This document shows, in pieces, positions 9,659 through 18,439 of a stretch of 64,000 nt of DNA (positions within the stretch are counted from its first letter, which is position 1; every line of letters begins with the position of its first letter). The notes beneath the pieces are model-generated. The model had not been told where the DNA came from. It ran no database searches and was given only the letters and a program-made list of their open reading frames with translations. This DNA is from Spirochaetota bacterium (GTDB taxonomy: Bacteria; Spirochaetota; Spirochaetia; Treponematales; UBA12059): positions 200,717 to 264,716 of the forward strand of contig JAKLDN010000005.1 of NCBI GenBank assembly GCA_022703505.1. Direction: 5' to 3'. A program made the translations under genes and the position numbers.

Positions 9659-11409
9659 CCATAAACGGGGTCCGGGTTCGAGTCCCCGAGGGGACGATGA
9701 TCCTGCAGGCTGCCCGGACGGCCGGATACGAGATCCCCAGCCTGTGCTTCCATCCCGACCTCCGGCCCAACGGCACCTGCGGGATGTGCGTGGTGGAGAT
9801 CGAGGGCGTGGGAGTGCGTCGGTCCTGCTGCACCCCCGCCGGGGATGGCATGGACATCCGGACCAACACGCCCCGGGTGATGGACACCCGCCGGACCCTG
9901 ATCGAACTGATCCTGGCGGACCACGCGGCGGACTGCCCCATCTGCGACAAGCACGGCAAGTGCGACCTGCAGAGGATCGGCCAGGACCTCGGCATCCGGG
10001 AGATTCGCATGGCCCCCAAGGAGGTCTTCTCCCGGCGCAGCGACGGCGGCATCGTCCTTCGGGACCCCAACAAGTGCATCCTGTGCAATCGCTGCGTCAC
10101 CGTCTGCACGGAAGTGCAGGGGGTGGCCAACCTCACCCGGATCGGCCGCGGCTATACTTCTAAGATCGGAACCGCCTTCGACCTTCCGATCGAGGACAGC
10201 GTCTGCGTGAACTGCGGCCAGTGCGTGGTCTACTGCCCCGTCGGGGCCCTGTCCTCCCGGGACGACACGAGGGAGGTCCGCCGCAGCCTCGCCGATCCGG
10301 GGAAGCACGTGGTCGTACAGGAGGCGCCCGCCATCCGGGCGGCCCTGGGCGAGGAGTTCGGCCTATCCCCGGGAGCGGTGGTTTCCGGAAAGATGCACGC
10401 CGCCCTGCGGAAACTTGGGTTCGACCGGGTTTTCGACACCAACTTCGCCGCGGACGTCTGCATCCTGGAGGAGGGGACCGAGGTCGTCCGGCGCATCCTG
10501 TCGGGGAGCCCGGACCTGCCGGTCATCACATCCTGCTCCCCGGGCTGGATCAAGTTCATGGAGACCTTCTATCCCGGGCTCCGGAGCCTAGTCTCCTCCG
10601 CGAAGAGTCCCCAGCAGATGTTCGGAGCCCTGGCCAAGACCTACTACCCCCGGGAGGCGGGGCTCAAACCCGAGGACATCGTCTCGGTCTCGGTCATGCC
10701 CTGCACGGCCAAGAAGTTCGAGGCGGACCGCCCGGAGATGCGGTCCAGCGGCTTCAAGGACGTGGACTACGTGCTGACCACCCGGGAACTCGCCCGGATG
10801 ATCAAGGAGTCCGGCCTGCGATTCGAGGATCTCGCCGACGCCCCCGCGGACGAGCTGATGGGCTCGTACACCGGCGCGGCCACCATCTTCGGGGCCACCG
10901 GAGGGGTCATGGAGGCGGCCCTGCGCACGGCCTACCACCTGGTTACGGGGCGGGAGCTGGAAAACGTGGACATCCTGCCCGTGCGGGGCATGGAGGGCGT
11001 CAAGGAAGCCGTCGTGCCCCTCCCTCTGCCGGACGGCGGGACCCTGGACTTGAAGGTCGCGGTGGCCCACGGCCTCGGGAACGCCCGCAGGATCCTGGAC
11101 GTGATCCGGAACCAGCTTGAGACGACGGGAAGGAGCGAGTATCACTTCGTGGAGATCATGGCCTGCCCCGGGGGCTGCGTCGGAGGAGGGGGACAGCCCT
11201 TCGGCTCGACCCTGGGCACCCGGGCGGAGCGGGGAAGCGGCCTGTACGAGGAGGACCGGACCCTTCCGAGCCGCAAGTCCCACGAGAATCCCGCGGTCCA
11301 GCGGCTGTACGAGACCTTCCTCGGCTCACCCTGCTCGGAGAAGGCCCACCACCTGCTCCACACCGCCTACGTCGAACGGGAGAGGGTGCACGGCAGGGCG
11401 GCCGGCTGA
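9634..11409 (+). CDS. hydA: [FeFe]-hydrogenase catalytic alpha subunit
   Basis: H-cluster motifs TSCSPGW, MPCTAKKFE and EIMACPGGCVGGGGQP. N-terminal [2Fe-2S], His-ligated [4Fe-4S] and 2x[4Fe-4S] motifs. aggagg SD before ATG 9634. Confidence 0.93.
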   Translation: MDGRDVAVTINGVRVRVPEGTMILQAARTAGYEIPSLCFHPDLRPNGTCGMCVVEIEGVGVRRSCCTPAGDGMDIRTNTPRVMDTRRTLIELILADHAADCPICDKHGKCDLQRIGQDLGIREIRMAPKEVFSRRSDGGIVLRDPNKCILCNRCVTVCTEVQGVANLTRIGRGYTSKIGTAFDLPIEDSVCVNCGQCVVYCPVGALSSRDDTREVRRSLADPGKHVVVQEAPAIRAALGEEFGLSPGAVVSGKMHAALRKLGFDRVFDTNFAADVCILEEGTEVVRRILSGSPDLPVITSCSPGWIKFMETFYPGLRSLVSSAKSPQQMFGALAKTYYPREAGLKPEDIVSVSVMPCTAKKFEADRPEMRSSGFKDVDYVLTTRELARMIKESGLRFEDLADAPADELMGSYTGAATIFGATGGVMEAALRTAYHLVTGRELENVDILPVRGMEGVKEAVVPLPLPDGGTLDLKVAVAHGLGNARRILDVIRNQLETTGRSEYHFVEIMACPGGCVGGGGQPFGSTLGTRAERGSGLYEEDRTLPSRKSHENPAVQRLYETFLGSPCSEKAHHLLHTAYVERERVHGRAAG

Positions 11410-11472
11410 GACGGCGGAATTCGGGACAGGTCCGCCGGGGCCCGGCCGTCCCGTGCCGAACCCGTGCGCTAT

Positions 11473-11626
11473 GAGTTTGTCGGGCTTGCCCACCAAAATA
11501 AAGGGGGTGTCCAATAAGTAACCGACTTATTGGACACCCCGACCTTGCAAACTCCAAAGGAGCCGGATAATCGTGGATTTTTAGCGCCTATCGGCGCTAA
11601 AAATCCACAAGTCCACAGGCTCCTAG
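11473..11626. mobile_element. Putative decayed MITE-like insertion with two internal 16-bp hairpins
   Basis: AT-richer island with degenerate terminal repeats gagtttgtcgggcttg / caagtccacaggctc, flanked by ctat and ctag. Perfect inverted repeats at 11504-11540 and 11573-11608. Confidence 0.5.
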
Positions 11627-12384
11627 GCCATGTAGACCCCGCCGTTGATGTCCAGGGTGGCGCCCGTGATGAACCCGTCGTATTCGCCGGCCAGGAAGGC
11701 CACGGCCCGGGCGACGTCCTCGCAGGTGCCGGCGCGGCGGAGCGGGATGTCCCGGATGGTCGCCTGCTTGGATTCCTCCGTGGTGTGGATCCGATGGAAG
11801 GCGGATCCCAGGATGAGCCCGGGGGCCACCGCGTTGGCCCGGATGCCGTCCGGGGCCAGTTCTGTGGAAAGCGAGCGCGTGAAGGACAGGATCGCTCCCT
11901 TGGCGGTGGAATAGACCAGGGAGCCGCCGTGGCCCCCCTTCCGGCCGGCCAGGGAGGACAGGTTGACGATGGACGCGGCCCCGGGCTTCCGGAGCAGGGG
12001 GATCAGGGCCCGGGTCACGAACACCAGGGAGTCCAGGTTCACAGCCATCACGGAGCGGTAGAATGCCAAGTCCGCTTCCTCGAGCCTCCGGCGGCCCACG
12101 AGATCCCCGGTATTGTTCACCAGGACGTCCAGGCTGCCCCAGCGCCGCTCCACGAACCCGGCCAGGGACCGGGCACCGTCCTCGGCGGAGAGGTCGGCCT
12201 GGACGGCCTCGGCTGCGCCGCCGTTCGCCCGGATCGTGTCCACCAGGGCCCGGGCGGAGTCCCCGCTCTTGAAGTAGTGGATCAGGACCTCCGCACCCCG
12301 GTCCGCCAGTTCCCGCACGATAGCGTTCCCGATCCCCGATCCGCCGCCGGTCACCAAGGCCTTTTTCCCCCGGAGTCGATCCAT
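11623..12384 (-). CDS. Short-chain dehydrogenase/reductase (SDR)
   Basis: TGGGSGIG, LVNNTG, YSTAKG (YxxxK) and NAVAPG motifs; aaggagg SD. Confidence 0.9.
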   Translation of the reverse strand: MDRLRGKKALVTGGGSGIGNAIVRELADRGAEVLIHYFKSGDSARALVDTIRANGGAAEAVQADLSAEDGARSLAGFVERRWGSLDVLVNNTGDLVGRRRLEEADLAFYRSVMAVNLDSLVFVTRALIPLLRKPGAASIVNLSSLAGRKGGHGGSLVYSTAKGAILSFTRSLSTELAPDGIRANAVAPGLILGSAFHRIHTTEESKQATIRDIPLRRAGTCEDVARAVAFLAGEYDGFITGATLDINGGVYMA

Positions 12385-12510
12385 CCCGTACCTCCTTGCC
12401 GATCCCAGTCTAATCCCCCCCGGGGACGGCGGCAAGCGCGGCGGCGTCCGGGAAGCTTCCGAATATCGCTTGCGCATTTAAAGAAACGGTCGTACACTTT
12501 TCTTGATCGT

Positions 12511-12534
12511 GAAACGTTATTCCACAATACGGAA
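12511..12534. promoter_or_regulatory. Candidate operator in the SDR/dctP divergent region
   Basis: TTCC-N7-GGAA dyad (ttccacaatacggaa, 12520-12534), a shape often used by IclR-family regulators; preceded by gaaacgtt. Confidence 0.3.
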
Positions 12535-12559
12535 CAACGGATCGACCAAGGAGGCCATC

Positions 12560-13531
12560 ATGAAACGTATCCTGGCATGCGTTCTTCTCACGGCGCTCGC
12601 CCTGACCCTGGCTACGGCGGCTCCCAAGTACAACTGGAAACTCGCGTCCGTCTTGCCGGACACCCATCCCGTCCACCAGGCCCTCGTCTTCTTCGCCGAT
12701 GAGCTCGCCCGGAAGAGTGGAGGCGACATCAAGCTGACCCTCTTCCCCGCCGGACAGCTCGGCCAGGAAAAGGACTACATCGAGTCCATCAAGATCGGGT
12801 CCCTGGAATTCGCGAAGGTGTCCTCCGGGCCGGTGGGACAGTACGCCCCGACCTTCCAGGTCATCTCCCTGCCCCTGATCTGGCGGAACCTGGATCACCA
12901 GCACAAGGTCCTGCAGGGGCCCATCGGCAAGCGACTGATGGCCGACCTGGACAAGGCCGGATACAAGGGCTTGGCTTTCATGGACGCCGGATTCCGGTCC
13001 ATCACGACCTCCAAGGGCCCGATCAATACCCCCGCGGACCTCAAGGGGCTCAAGATCCGGGTCATGCAGAGCAAGCCCCTCATCGACACGGTGAACGCCC
13101 TGGGCGGCAACGCGGTCCCCATGGGCCAGTCCGAGGTGTACAGCGCCCTCCAGACCAAGGTGATCGACGGGTGGGAGAACAACGAACCCACCGTCCTGTC
13201 CTTCAACATGCAGGAGGTGGCCAAGTACTACAGCTACACCCGCCACTCCTCCATCCCCGACTTCCTCATGATGAACAAGAAGCTCTTCGACGGCCTTCCG
13301 AAGAACCTGCAGACCATGATCGAGCAGACCGCCCTGGAGGCCATGGAGAAGCACAACAAGCTCTGGGGCGAGATGATCGACAAGACCGTCGCGGACCTCA
13401 AGGCCAAGGGGATGATCTTCAACGAGGTGAAGGACATCTCCGAGTTCCAGAAGGCCGTCGGGGGCGTCTGGAAAGAGTTCGAACCGATCGTCGGCAAGGA
13501 CTTGATCGACGCGATCGTGACCGCGAAATAG
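12560..13531 (+). CDS. dctP: TRAP transporter substrate-binding protein
   Basis: Signal peptide; FPAGQLG, DLKGLKIRVM, EVYSALQTKVIDGWEN; aggagg SD. Confidence 0.92.
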   Translation: MKRILACVLLTALALTLATAAPKYNWKLASVLPDTHPVHQALVFFADELARKSGGDIKLTLFPAGQLGQEKDYIESIKIGSLEFAKVSSGPVGQYAPTFQVISLPLIWRNLDHQHKVLQGPIGKRLMADLDKAGYKGLAFMDAGFRSITTSKGPINTPADLKGLKIRVMQSKPLIDTVNALGGNAVPMGQSEVYSALQTKVIDGWENNEPTVLSFNMQEVAKYYSYTRHSSIPDFLMMNKKLFDGLPKNLQTMIEQTALEAMEKHNKLWGEMIDKTVADLKAKGMIFNEVKDISEFQKAVGGVWKEFEPIVGKDLIDAIVTAK

Positions 13532-13564
13532 ACCGGACCGTTCGGACTGGATCCGAATCCGCGG

Positions 13565-13608
13565 CTCCCGGGAATCCTGTGCGGGGTACGCACGGGATGA
13601 CCCGGGAG
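13565..13608 (+). other. Intercistronic RNA stem-loop between dctP and dctQ
   Basis: ctcccggg/cccgggag outer stem plus atcctgtgcg/cgcacgggat inner stem, with a G-U pair on the transcribed strand. Confidence 0.55.
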
Positions 13609-13648
13609 TCGTATAATCATGGCGACACAGCTTCCACGGGGGAACCCA

Positions 13649-14167
13649 ATGCCCGACCTTTTTTCCAGGATCCTCGACCGGCTTGAGCGCGTCCTGACCG
13701 GTATCGCGGCGGCGATCATGGGCGTTCTGGCCCTGATCGTCTGCTGGCAGGTTTTCGCGCGGTACGTCCTGCAGAAGAGTCCCGTCTGGGTGGAGGAATT
13801 CTCCGTGACCGCGATCATGTGGATCGGCCTGCTGGGCGCGGCGGCCGCCGTATGGACCGGCGACCACATGCGCCTGGAATGGGTCACGAAGAGACTGCCC
13901 AAACGCTACGGCCTAGCCCTGGAGATCCTGATCGACGCGGCGATCGTATATTTCGCCGCGTTCCTGCTCTCGAACGGCCGGCTGCTCACGGAAGCCACCT
14001 GGACCAGCCGGATGTCCACGATTCCCCTGCCCCTGGGCTTGACGTACCTGGTCCTCCCGATCGCGGCGGCCTTCATGATCGCCTTCGCGGCGCTCCGGAT
14101 ACTCCGCAAGGCGGCGGAGGCCCTGGAGAGCCGTTCCCCCCGGAAGGAAGGCGACCATGCCCGTTGA
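13649..14167 (+). CDS. dctQ: TRAP transporter small permease
   Basis: Four TM segments, QVFARY, WVEE and HMRLE motifs; lies between dctP and dctM. Confidence 0.88.
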   Translation: MPDLFSRILDRLERVLTGIAAAIMGVLALIVCWQVFARYVLQKSPVWVEEFSVTAIMWIGLLGAAAAVWTGDHMRLEWVTKRLPKRYGLALEILIDAAIVYFAAFLLSNGRLLTEATWTSRMSTIPLPLGLTYLVLPIAAAFMIAFAALRILRKAAEALESRSPRKEGDHAR

Positions 14168-15440
14168 AGTCATCCTCCTGGGGTCCTTCGCCCTGCTGAT
14201 ACTCCTGGGGATTCCCATTTCCTTCAGCCTGGGCATCTCCTCCCTCCTGGCCGCCACGGCGGTGGGGATGGGCCCCGCCGTCATCGCCCAACGGGTGGCC
14301 GCGAGCATGCAGTCCTTCCCCCTCCTGGCCATCCCCCTGTTCATCCTGGCGGGCTCCATCATGGCCCGGGGCGGAGTGGCCAAGCGCATGGTCGATTTCG
14401 CCTATATCCTGGTGGGACCCCTGCCCGGAGGCCTGGCCATCGTGAACTGCATCGAGTCCATGTTCTTCGGCGGGGTTTCGGGCTCCGCCGTCGCGGACGT
14501 CTCCTCCACCGGAAGCATCATGATCCCGATGATGGTGGAGAAGGGGTACGACCGGGATTTCTCCGTGGCCGTCACCGTCGCCTCCGCGAGCCAGGGGATC
14601 ATCATCCCCCCGTCCCACAACATGGTCATCTACGCCATGGTGGCGGGCGGAGTATCGGTGGGAAGATTGTTCCTAGCGGGATACATACCGGGAATCCTGC
14701 TGGGACTGGCCCTTTCCGCGGCCTGCTTCATCATCGCCCTGAAGAGGAAGTACCCCTGCGAAGGGCGGCCTCCCCTGAAGAGAAGCCTCCGCATCGCGGC
14801 GGACGGGATCCTGGCCCTCCTGGCCGCCCTGATCATCGTGGTCGGCATCGCGGCCGGTATCTTCACCGCCACCGAGGCTTCCGCCGTGTCCGTGGTCTAC
14901 GCGGGCTTCCTGGGGTTCGTGGTGTACCGGGAGTTGAGGATCCGCGACCTGTGGCCCATCCTGATGGAATCCGTGAAGACCACGGCCATCGTTCTTTTCC
15001 TGATCGGCTGCGCCTCGGCCTTCGGATGGATGATGACCTACCTGCAGATCCCCGCCGCCGTCATGAACGCCTTCCTCAGCTTAACCAAGAATCCCTTCCT
15101 GATCCTGCTCCTGGTGAACATCCTGATCCTCCTGCTCGGGATGGTGATGGACGTGGCCCCCCTGATCGTGATCGTGACGCCGGTCCTGCTTCCCGTAGTG
15201 AAGGCCGCCAGGATGAGCGAGGTCACCTTCGGGATCCTGCTCATGCTGAACCTCGGCATCGGCCTGACCACGCCTCCCGTAGGGGCGAGCCTTTTCGTGG
15301 GATGCATCGTGGGCAAGACGACCATCGAAAGGACGAGCAGGGCCTTACTTCCCCTCTGGCCGGCCATGATCGTGGTCTTGCTCCTGATCACCTATGTTCC
15401 CTGGTTCACCGAGTTCCTGCCGGGGTTGTTCATGAAATAG
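14157..15440 (+). CDS. dctM: TRAP transporter large permease
   Basis: LLAIPLFILAG, FFGGVSGSAVAD, IIIPPSH and GLTTPPVG motifs. Confidence 0.93.
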   Translation: MPVEVILLGSFALLILLGIPISFSLGISSLLAATAVGMGPAVIAQRVAASMQSFPLLAIPLFILAGSIMARGGVAKRMVDFAYILVGPLPGGLAIVNCIESMFFGGVSGSAVADVSSTGSIMIPMMVEKGYDRDFSVAVTVASASQGIIIPPSHNMVIYAMVAGGVSVGRLFLAGYIPGILLGLALSAACFIIALKRKYPCEGRPPLKRSLRIAADGILALLAALIIVVGIAAGIFTATEASAVSVVYAGFLGFVVYRELRIRDLWPILMESVKTTAIVLFLIGCASAFGWMMTYLQIPAAVMNAFLSLTKNPFLILLLVNILILLLGMVMDVAPLIVIVTPVLLPVVKAARMSEVTFGILLMLNLGIGLTTPPVGASLFVGCIVGKTTIERTSRALLPLWPAMIVVLLLITYVPWFTEFLPGLFMK

Positions 15441-15480
15441 CGAGGTGTTCCCAATACGTTGGAAACGTATTGGGAACACC
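15438..15480. repeat. Perfect 17-bp hairpin starting 3 nt after the dctM TAG stop
   Basis: TAG-cga-ggtgttcccaatacgtt-gga-aacgtattgggaacacc, with no U-tract. Confidence 0.8.
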
Positions 15481-15536
15481 GGGCGCCGAAGCCTACGGCC
15501 TCGGCGGTTCACAGCATAATTCCATGGAATAAAGCG

Positions 15537-15914
15537 CTACTCTCCCCGGACGGTCCCGAAGGGCCAGGACCCGATCCCTCCCATGTCGTGCACGTTCCGG
15601 TACCCCAGGGAGGCCAGGGTCGAGGCGGCCACGGCGCTCCGGCGGCCGGTCCGGCAGTACACCACCACCGTCCGGTCCTTGGGGCCCACGACCCGGGCCG
15701 CGCTGGCCGCGTCGATGGCGTCGAAGGGCAGGAGCACGGATCCGGGTATCCGGACCTCGAGGAACTCCTCCCGGGTCCGGACGTCCAGCAGGAGGGCGTT
15801 CTTGTCGGCGGACAGAAGATCCCGGGCGGCCCGGGGGGAGATCGGCTTGGGCTGGGCCTGGACGGCCGCGGCGGCCGACGCCAGGGCGATGAACAGCAAT
15901 ATGGACCTTCTCAT
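15537..15914 (-). CDS. Exported rhodanese-like domain protein
   Basis: Signal peptide MRRSILLFIALASAAAAVQA; LLDVRTREEF and active-site loop YCRTGRRS; aaggag SD. Confidence 0.85.
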   Translation of the reverse strand: MRRSILLFIALASAAAAVQAQPKPISPRAARDLLSADKNALLLDVRTREEFLEVRIPGSVLLPFDAIDAASAARVVGPKDRTVVVYCRTGRRSAVAASTLASLGYRNVHDMGGIGSWPFGTVRGE

Positions 15915-16124
15915 AAGTATCTCCTTGCTGAGAGAAATGATAATAAAAAGGCTCCGCCGGGACAATCCTCAGGCGGGCTCTCCTCCGGACGTGCCGTCGG
16001 ACGGGACATCCTCCGGCCGCGGGTTCCGGATCCCGGGACTTGCGGCCGGCCGGAATCCGTCCTAGGATCGCGAATGGGGAGGCGGCCGTGATGCCGTCGA
16101 CACCGAGCACGCAAGGAGCCGGAT

Positions 16125-16436
16125 ATGAAAAAGTATGCCCTGCTGACCCTCGCCCTGGGGGTCCTGTTGACCGGGTGCGCGACGGTCTGGAAGACCCTCG
16201 GGGTCGCGACGGTCCAGTCCGTGGAGGAGAACAACGCCCAGATCGCCCGGCGTATCGACGAACTGGCGGTCCGGGCGGCATCCGGGGACGCGGCCCTGGC
16301 CAAGGCCGTCGAATTGGAAAAACTGGTCAAGGAACTGCAGGGCCGGATGGACGGCTTGCCGGCGGACACGTTGGCCAGGCTTGCGGACCTCCTGGCCAAG
16401 GCCGCGGAAGAGGCCCGGAAGGCTGCGGGCAAGTGA
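16125..16436 (+). CDS. Small coiled-coil lipoprotein, hypothetical
   Basis: MKKYALLTLALGVLLTGC lipobox followed by a heptad-rich helical region; aaggag SD. Confidence 0.75.
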   Translation: MKKYALLTLALGVLLTGCATVWKTLGVATVQSVEENNAQIARRIDELAVRAASGDAALAKAVELEKLVKELQGRMDGLPADTLARLADLLAKAAEEARKAAGK

Positions 16437-16467
16437 ACCGCCGGTTCCGGGCGGAGGCTCGGACCGT

Positions 16468-18279
16468 CTAGTAGAACATCCGGATGTCCTCGGTGCGGGA
16501 CTTGTGGCGCATCTTGAAGTACACGACGTTGGAGGCGCGCCGATACAGGTAGCCCGAGGCGTTGTAGTTCTCGAAGGCCGGGTCCATGGGGTAGTCCAGA
16601 CCGTATAGCTGCATCTTGGCGAAGGGCTTGACCCCGTAGGCCGCGATGTAGTGGACTCCCTGCTCGGGGAATTCCAGGGTCCAGACCATCCTCTCCGGTG
16701 TGGCGGAGATCGAGACGGCGGGCGAGCAGGTCCACATCCAGGCCCCGGGTCCGACCTCCTTGAAGAAGGACACCTCCCGGGGATAGTACAAATTCCCCGA
16801 CAGCAGGGGGTAGGCTTCCTCGGGGGAGAGGATTTCCAGTCTGTCCGCCACGGCCCCGTTGCGGACAACGACGGTCCGGGGAAGGAAGCCCAGGGGATCC
16901 GCCAGGCGAAGGGCGCCCAGCACCAGGCTCTGGCCGATGCCCGTGAACATGGGCTTGGCCGTGGACTCGCCCAGGCGGATCAGGGACAGTCCCGCACGGA
17001 TCGAGGTCTCCAGGTGCGAGGATCCGTCGGGGCCGGTGCTCAGGAAGTACCCGTCCCCCGCGCGGACCACGGCGGGAAGGATCTGACGCTCCGGGATGCC
17101 CGCGAACCGGGCGAAGGGGTTCTCCCCGGCCGGGAACAGGTCCTCCGACTCCGCCCAGGCGGCCAGGCCCCCGGCGGCCTGGGCCACGGTGAGGGATCCC
17201 AGGTCCAGGGCCCCGGCCATCTGGAAGGCGTCCCGGGCCAGGGCGTAGGGCGCCCGGTCCAGGAGGAATCGCACGAGCCCCGGCTTTTCCAGCAGGGACG
17301 GGTTCTTCGCCTGGACCAGGCGCTCGATCCGCTTGACCTCCAGGAGGTCCGCCTCCTCGAAGGCGCGCATCCGGTCCGTCGTGCGGCCCAGGAAGGGAAC
17401 GGAGAGGTGGGTCAGGGACGAGGCGTGCAGGGTGTTGGCCGCCTGGACCCGCTCGAAGGCGGAGGGGCCCTGGCCCCGGGACCAGGCTTCCGCCAGGTAC
17501 GCCGTCAGGGCGGGCTCCGAGAAGGCCGCCTTTCCCGCCGCGTCCCTCCATTCCACGGTCCCCGGCAGGAAGCGGTCGGAGGACAGCCCCTTCCAGACCT
17601 TGTCCCGGTACGCGGAGATCTCCCGCTGGAAGACTTCGGGATCCAGGGCGGCCTGCTCCAGGAAGCGCGGCGAGGCCGTCTGGGCCTCGTCCGGGGCCTT
17701 GGAGAGGGCTACGGGGGCCACCCGACCCCGGGTGAAGGGCAGGGAAAGGCTCTTCCGGTCCGGGGAGACCGTGCCCTCCGGGACTTCCAGGACGTACCGG
17801 CCGGCGCTTCCGGAAACCAGGTAGGTCCTGGAGTCCTGGACGAGGCGGAAGCGGCGGGCGGCGGCCACGGAGACGGTCACGTCCTTCAGGGGACCCGTCC
17901 GGCGGGAGAACTCGAAGCTTGCCCGGGAACCCGGCTCGCCCGAGGAGCGGGCCCGGAGCTCCAGGCCGTCCGTGAACTGGATCAGGAACCCGTCCTTGGT
18001 TTCCTGGAAGGACTTCGGCAGGGCCGAACGCGAGCCCCCGTCCTGGGCGGTCCAGGCCAGGGGCTTGGCGGGGGAAAAGACAAGGACCAGGCCCCCGAAG
18101 CTGAGGGTTCCGGAGACCAGGGATCCTTCCTGCTCGCCCGCCCGGCCCTTCAGGGTGATCCCCGAAGACACCCGGGTGAAGTCCCCGCCTTCCCGGAATT
18201 GGAGCAGGACCAGGCCGAGGAGAATGCCGATATAGAGAACGGCGAGGGCCAAGCCTCGTCCGAACGCGCCTAGTTTCAT
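16468..18279 (-). CDS. Hypothetical membrane-anchored exported protein
   Basis: N-terminal TM segment (ALAVLYIGILLGLVLLQF) followed by about 580 aa soluble; GC3-consistent frame; no motif recognised. Confidence 0.7.
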   Translation of the reverse strand: MKLGAFGRGLALAVLYIGILLGLVLLQFREGGDFTRVSSGITLKGRAGEQEGSLVSGTLSFGGLVLVFSPAKPLAWTAQDGGSRSALPKSFQETKDGFLIQFTDGLELRARSSGEPGSRASFEFSRRTGPLKDVTVSVAAARRFRLVQDSRTYLVSGSAGRYVLEVPEGTVSPDRKSLSLPFTRGRVAPVALSKAPDEAQTASPRFLEQAALDPEVFQREISAYRDKVWKGLSSDRFLPGTVEWRDAAGKAAFSEPALTAYLAEAWSRGQGPSAFERVQAANTLHASSLTHLSVPFLGRTTDRMRAFEEADLLEVKRIERLVQAKNPSLLEKPGLVRFLLDRAPYALARDAFQMAGALDLGSLTVAQAAGGLAAWAESEDLFPAGENPFARFAGIPERQILPAVVRAGDGYFLSTGPDGSSHLETSIRAGLSLIRLGESTAKPMFTGIGQSLVLGALRLADPLGFLPRTVVVRNGAVADRLEILSPEEAYPLLSGNLYYPREVSFFKEVGPGAWMWTCSPAVSISATPERMVWTLEFPEQGVHYIAAYGVKPFAKMQLYGLDYPMDPAFENYNASGYLYRRASNVVYFKMRHKSRTEDIRMFY

Positions 18280-18439
18280 GGTATGGGCGGACTCTAGCAG
18301 GTTTTCCCCCCGATTGCAACCTGGAGGGCGAGCTTGCGCGGAACCCGGGAAACCCGTACCATGGGCGCTCCCCGGCAGTTTGCGGAAATACTCGATGCAT
18401 TTCGACAACCTGCCGGAACTCGAGCGAACGGAGAATCAG

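Noticed and set aside
15915-16124. Possible c-di-AMP (ydaO) riboswitch, suggested by gaatccgtc
   Set aside because: The other conserved ydaO segments could not be found, so the match is too short to support.
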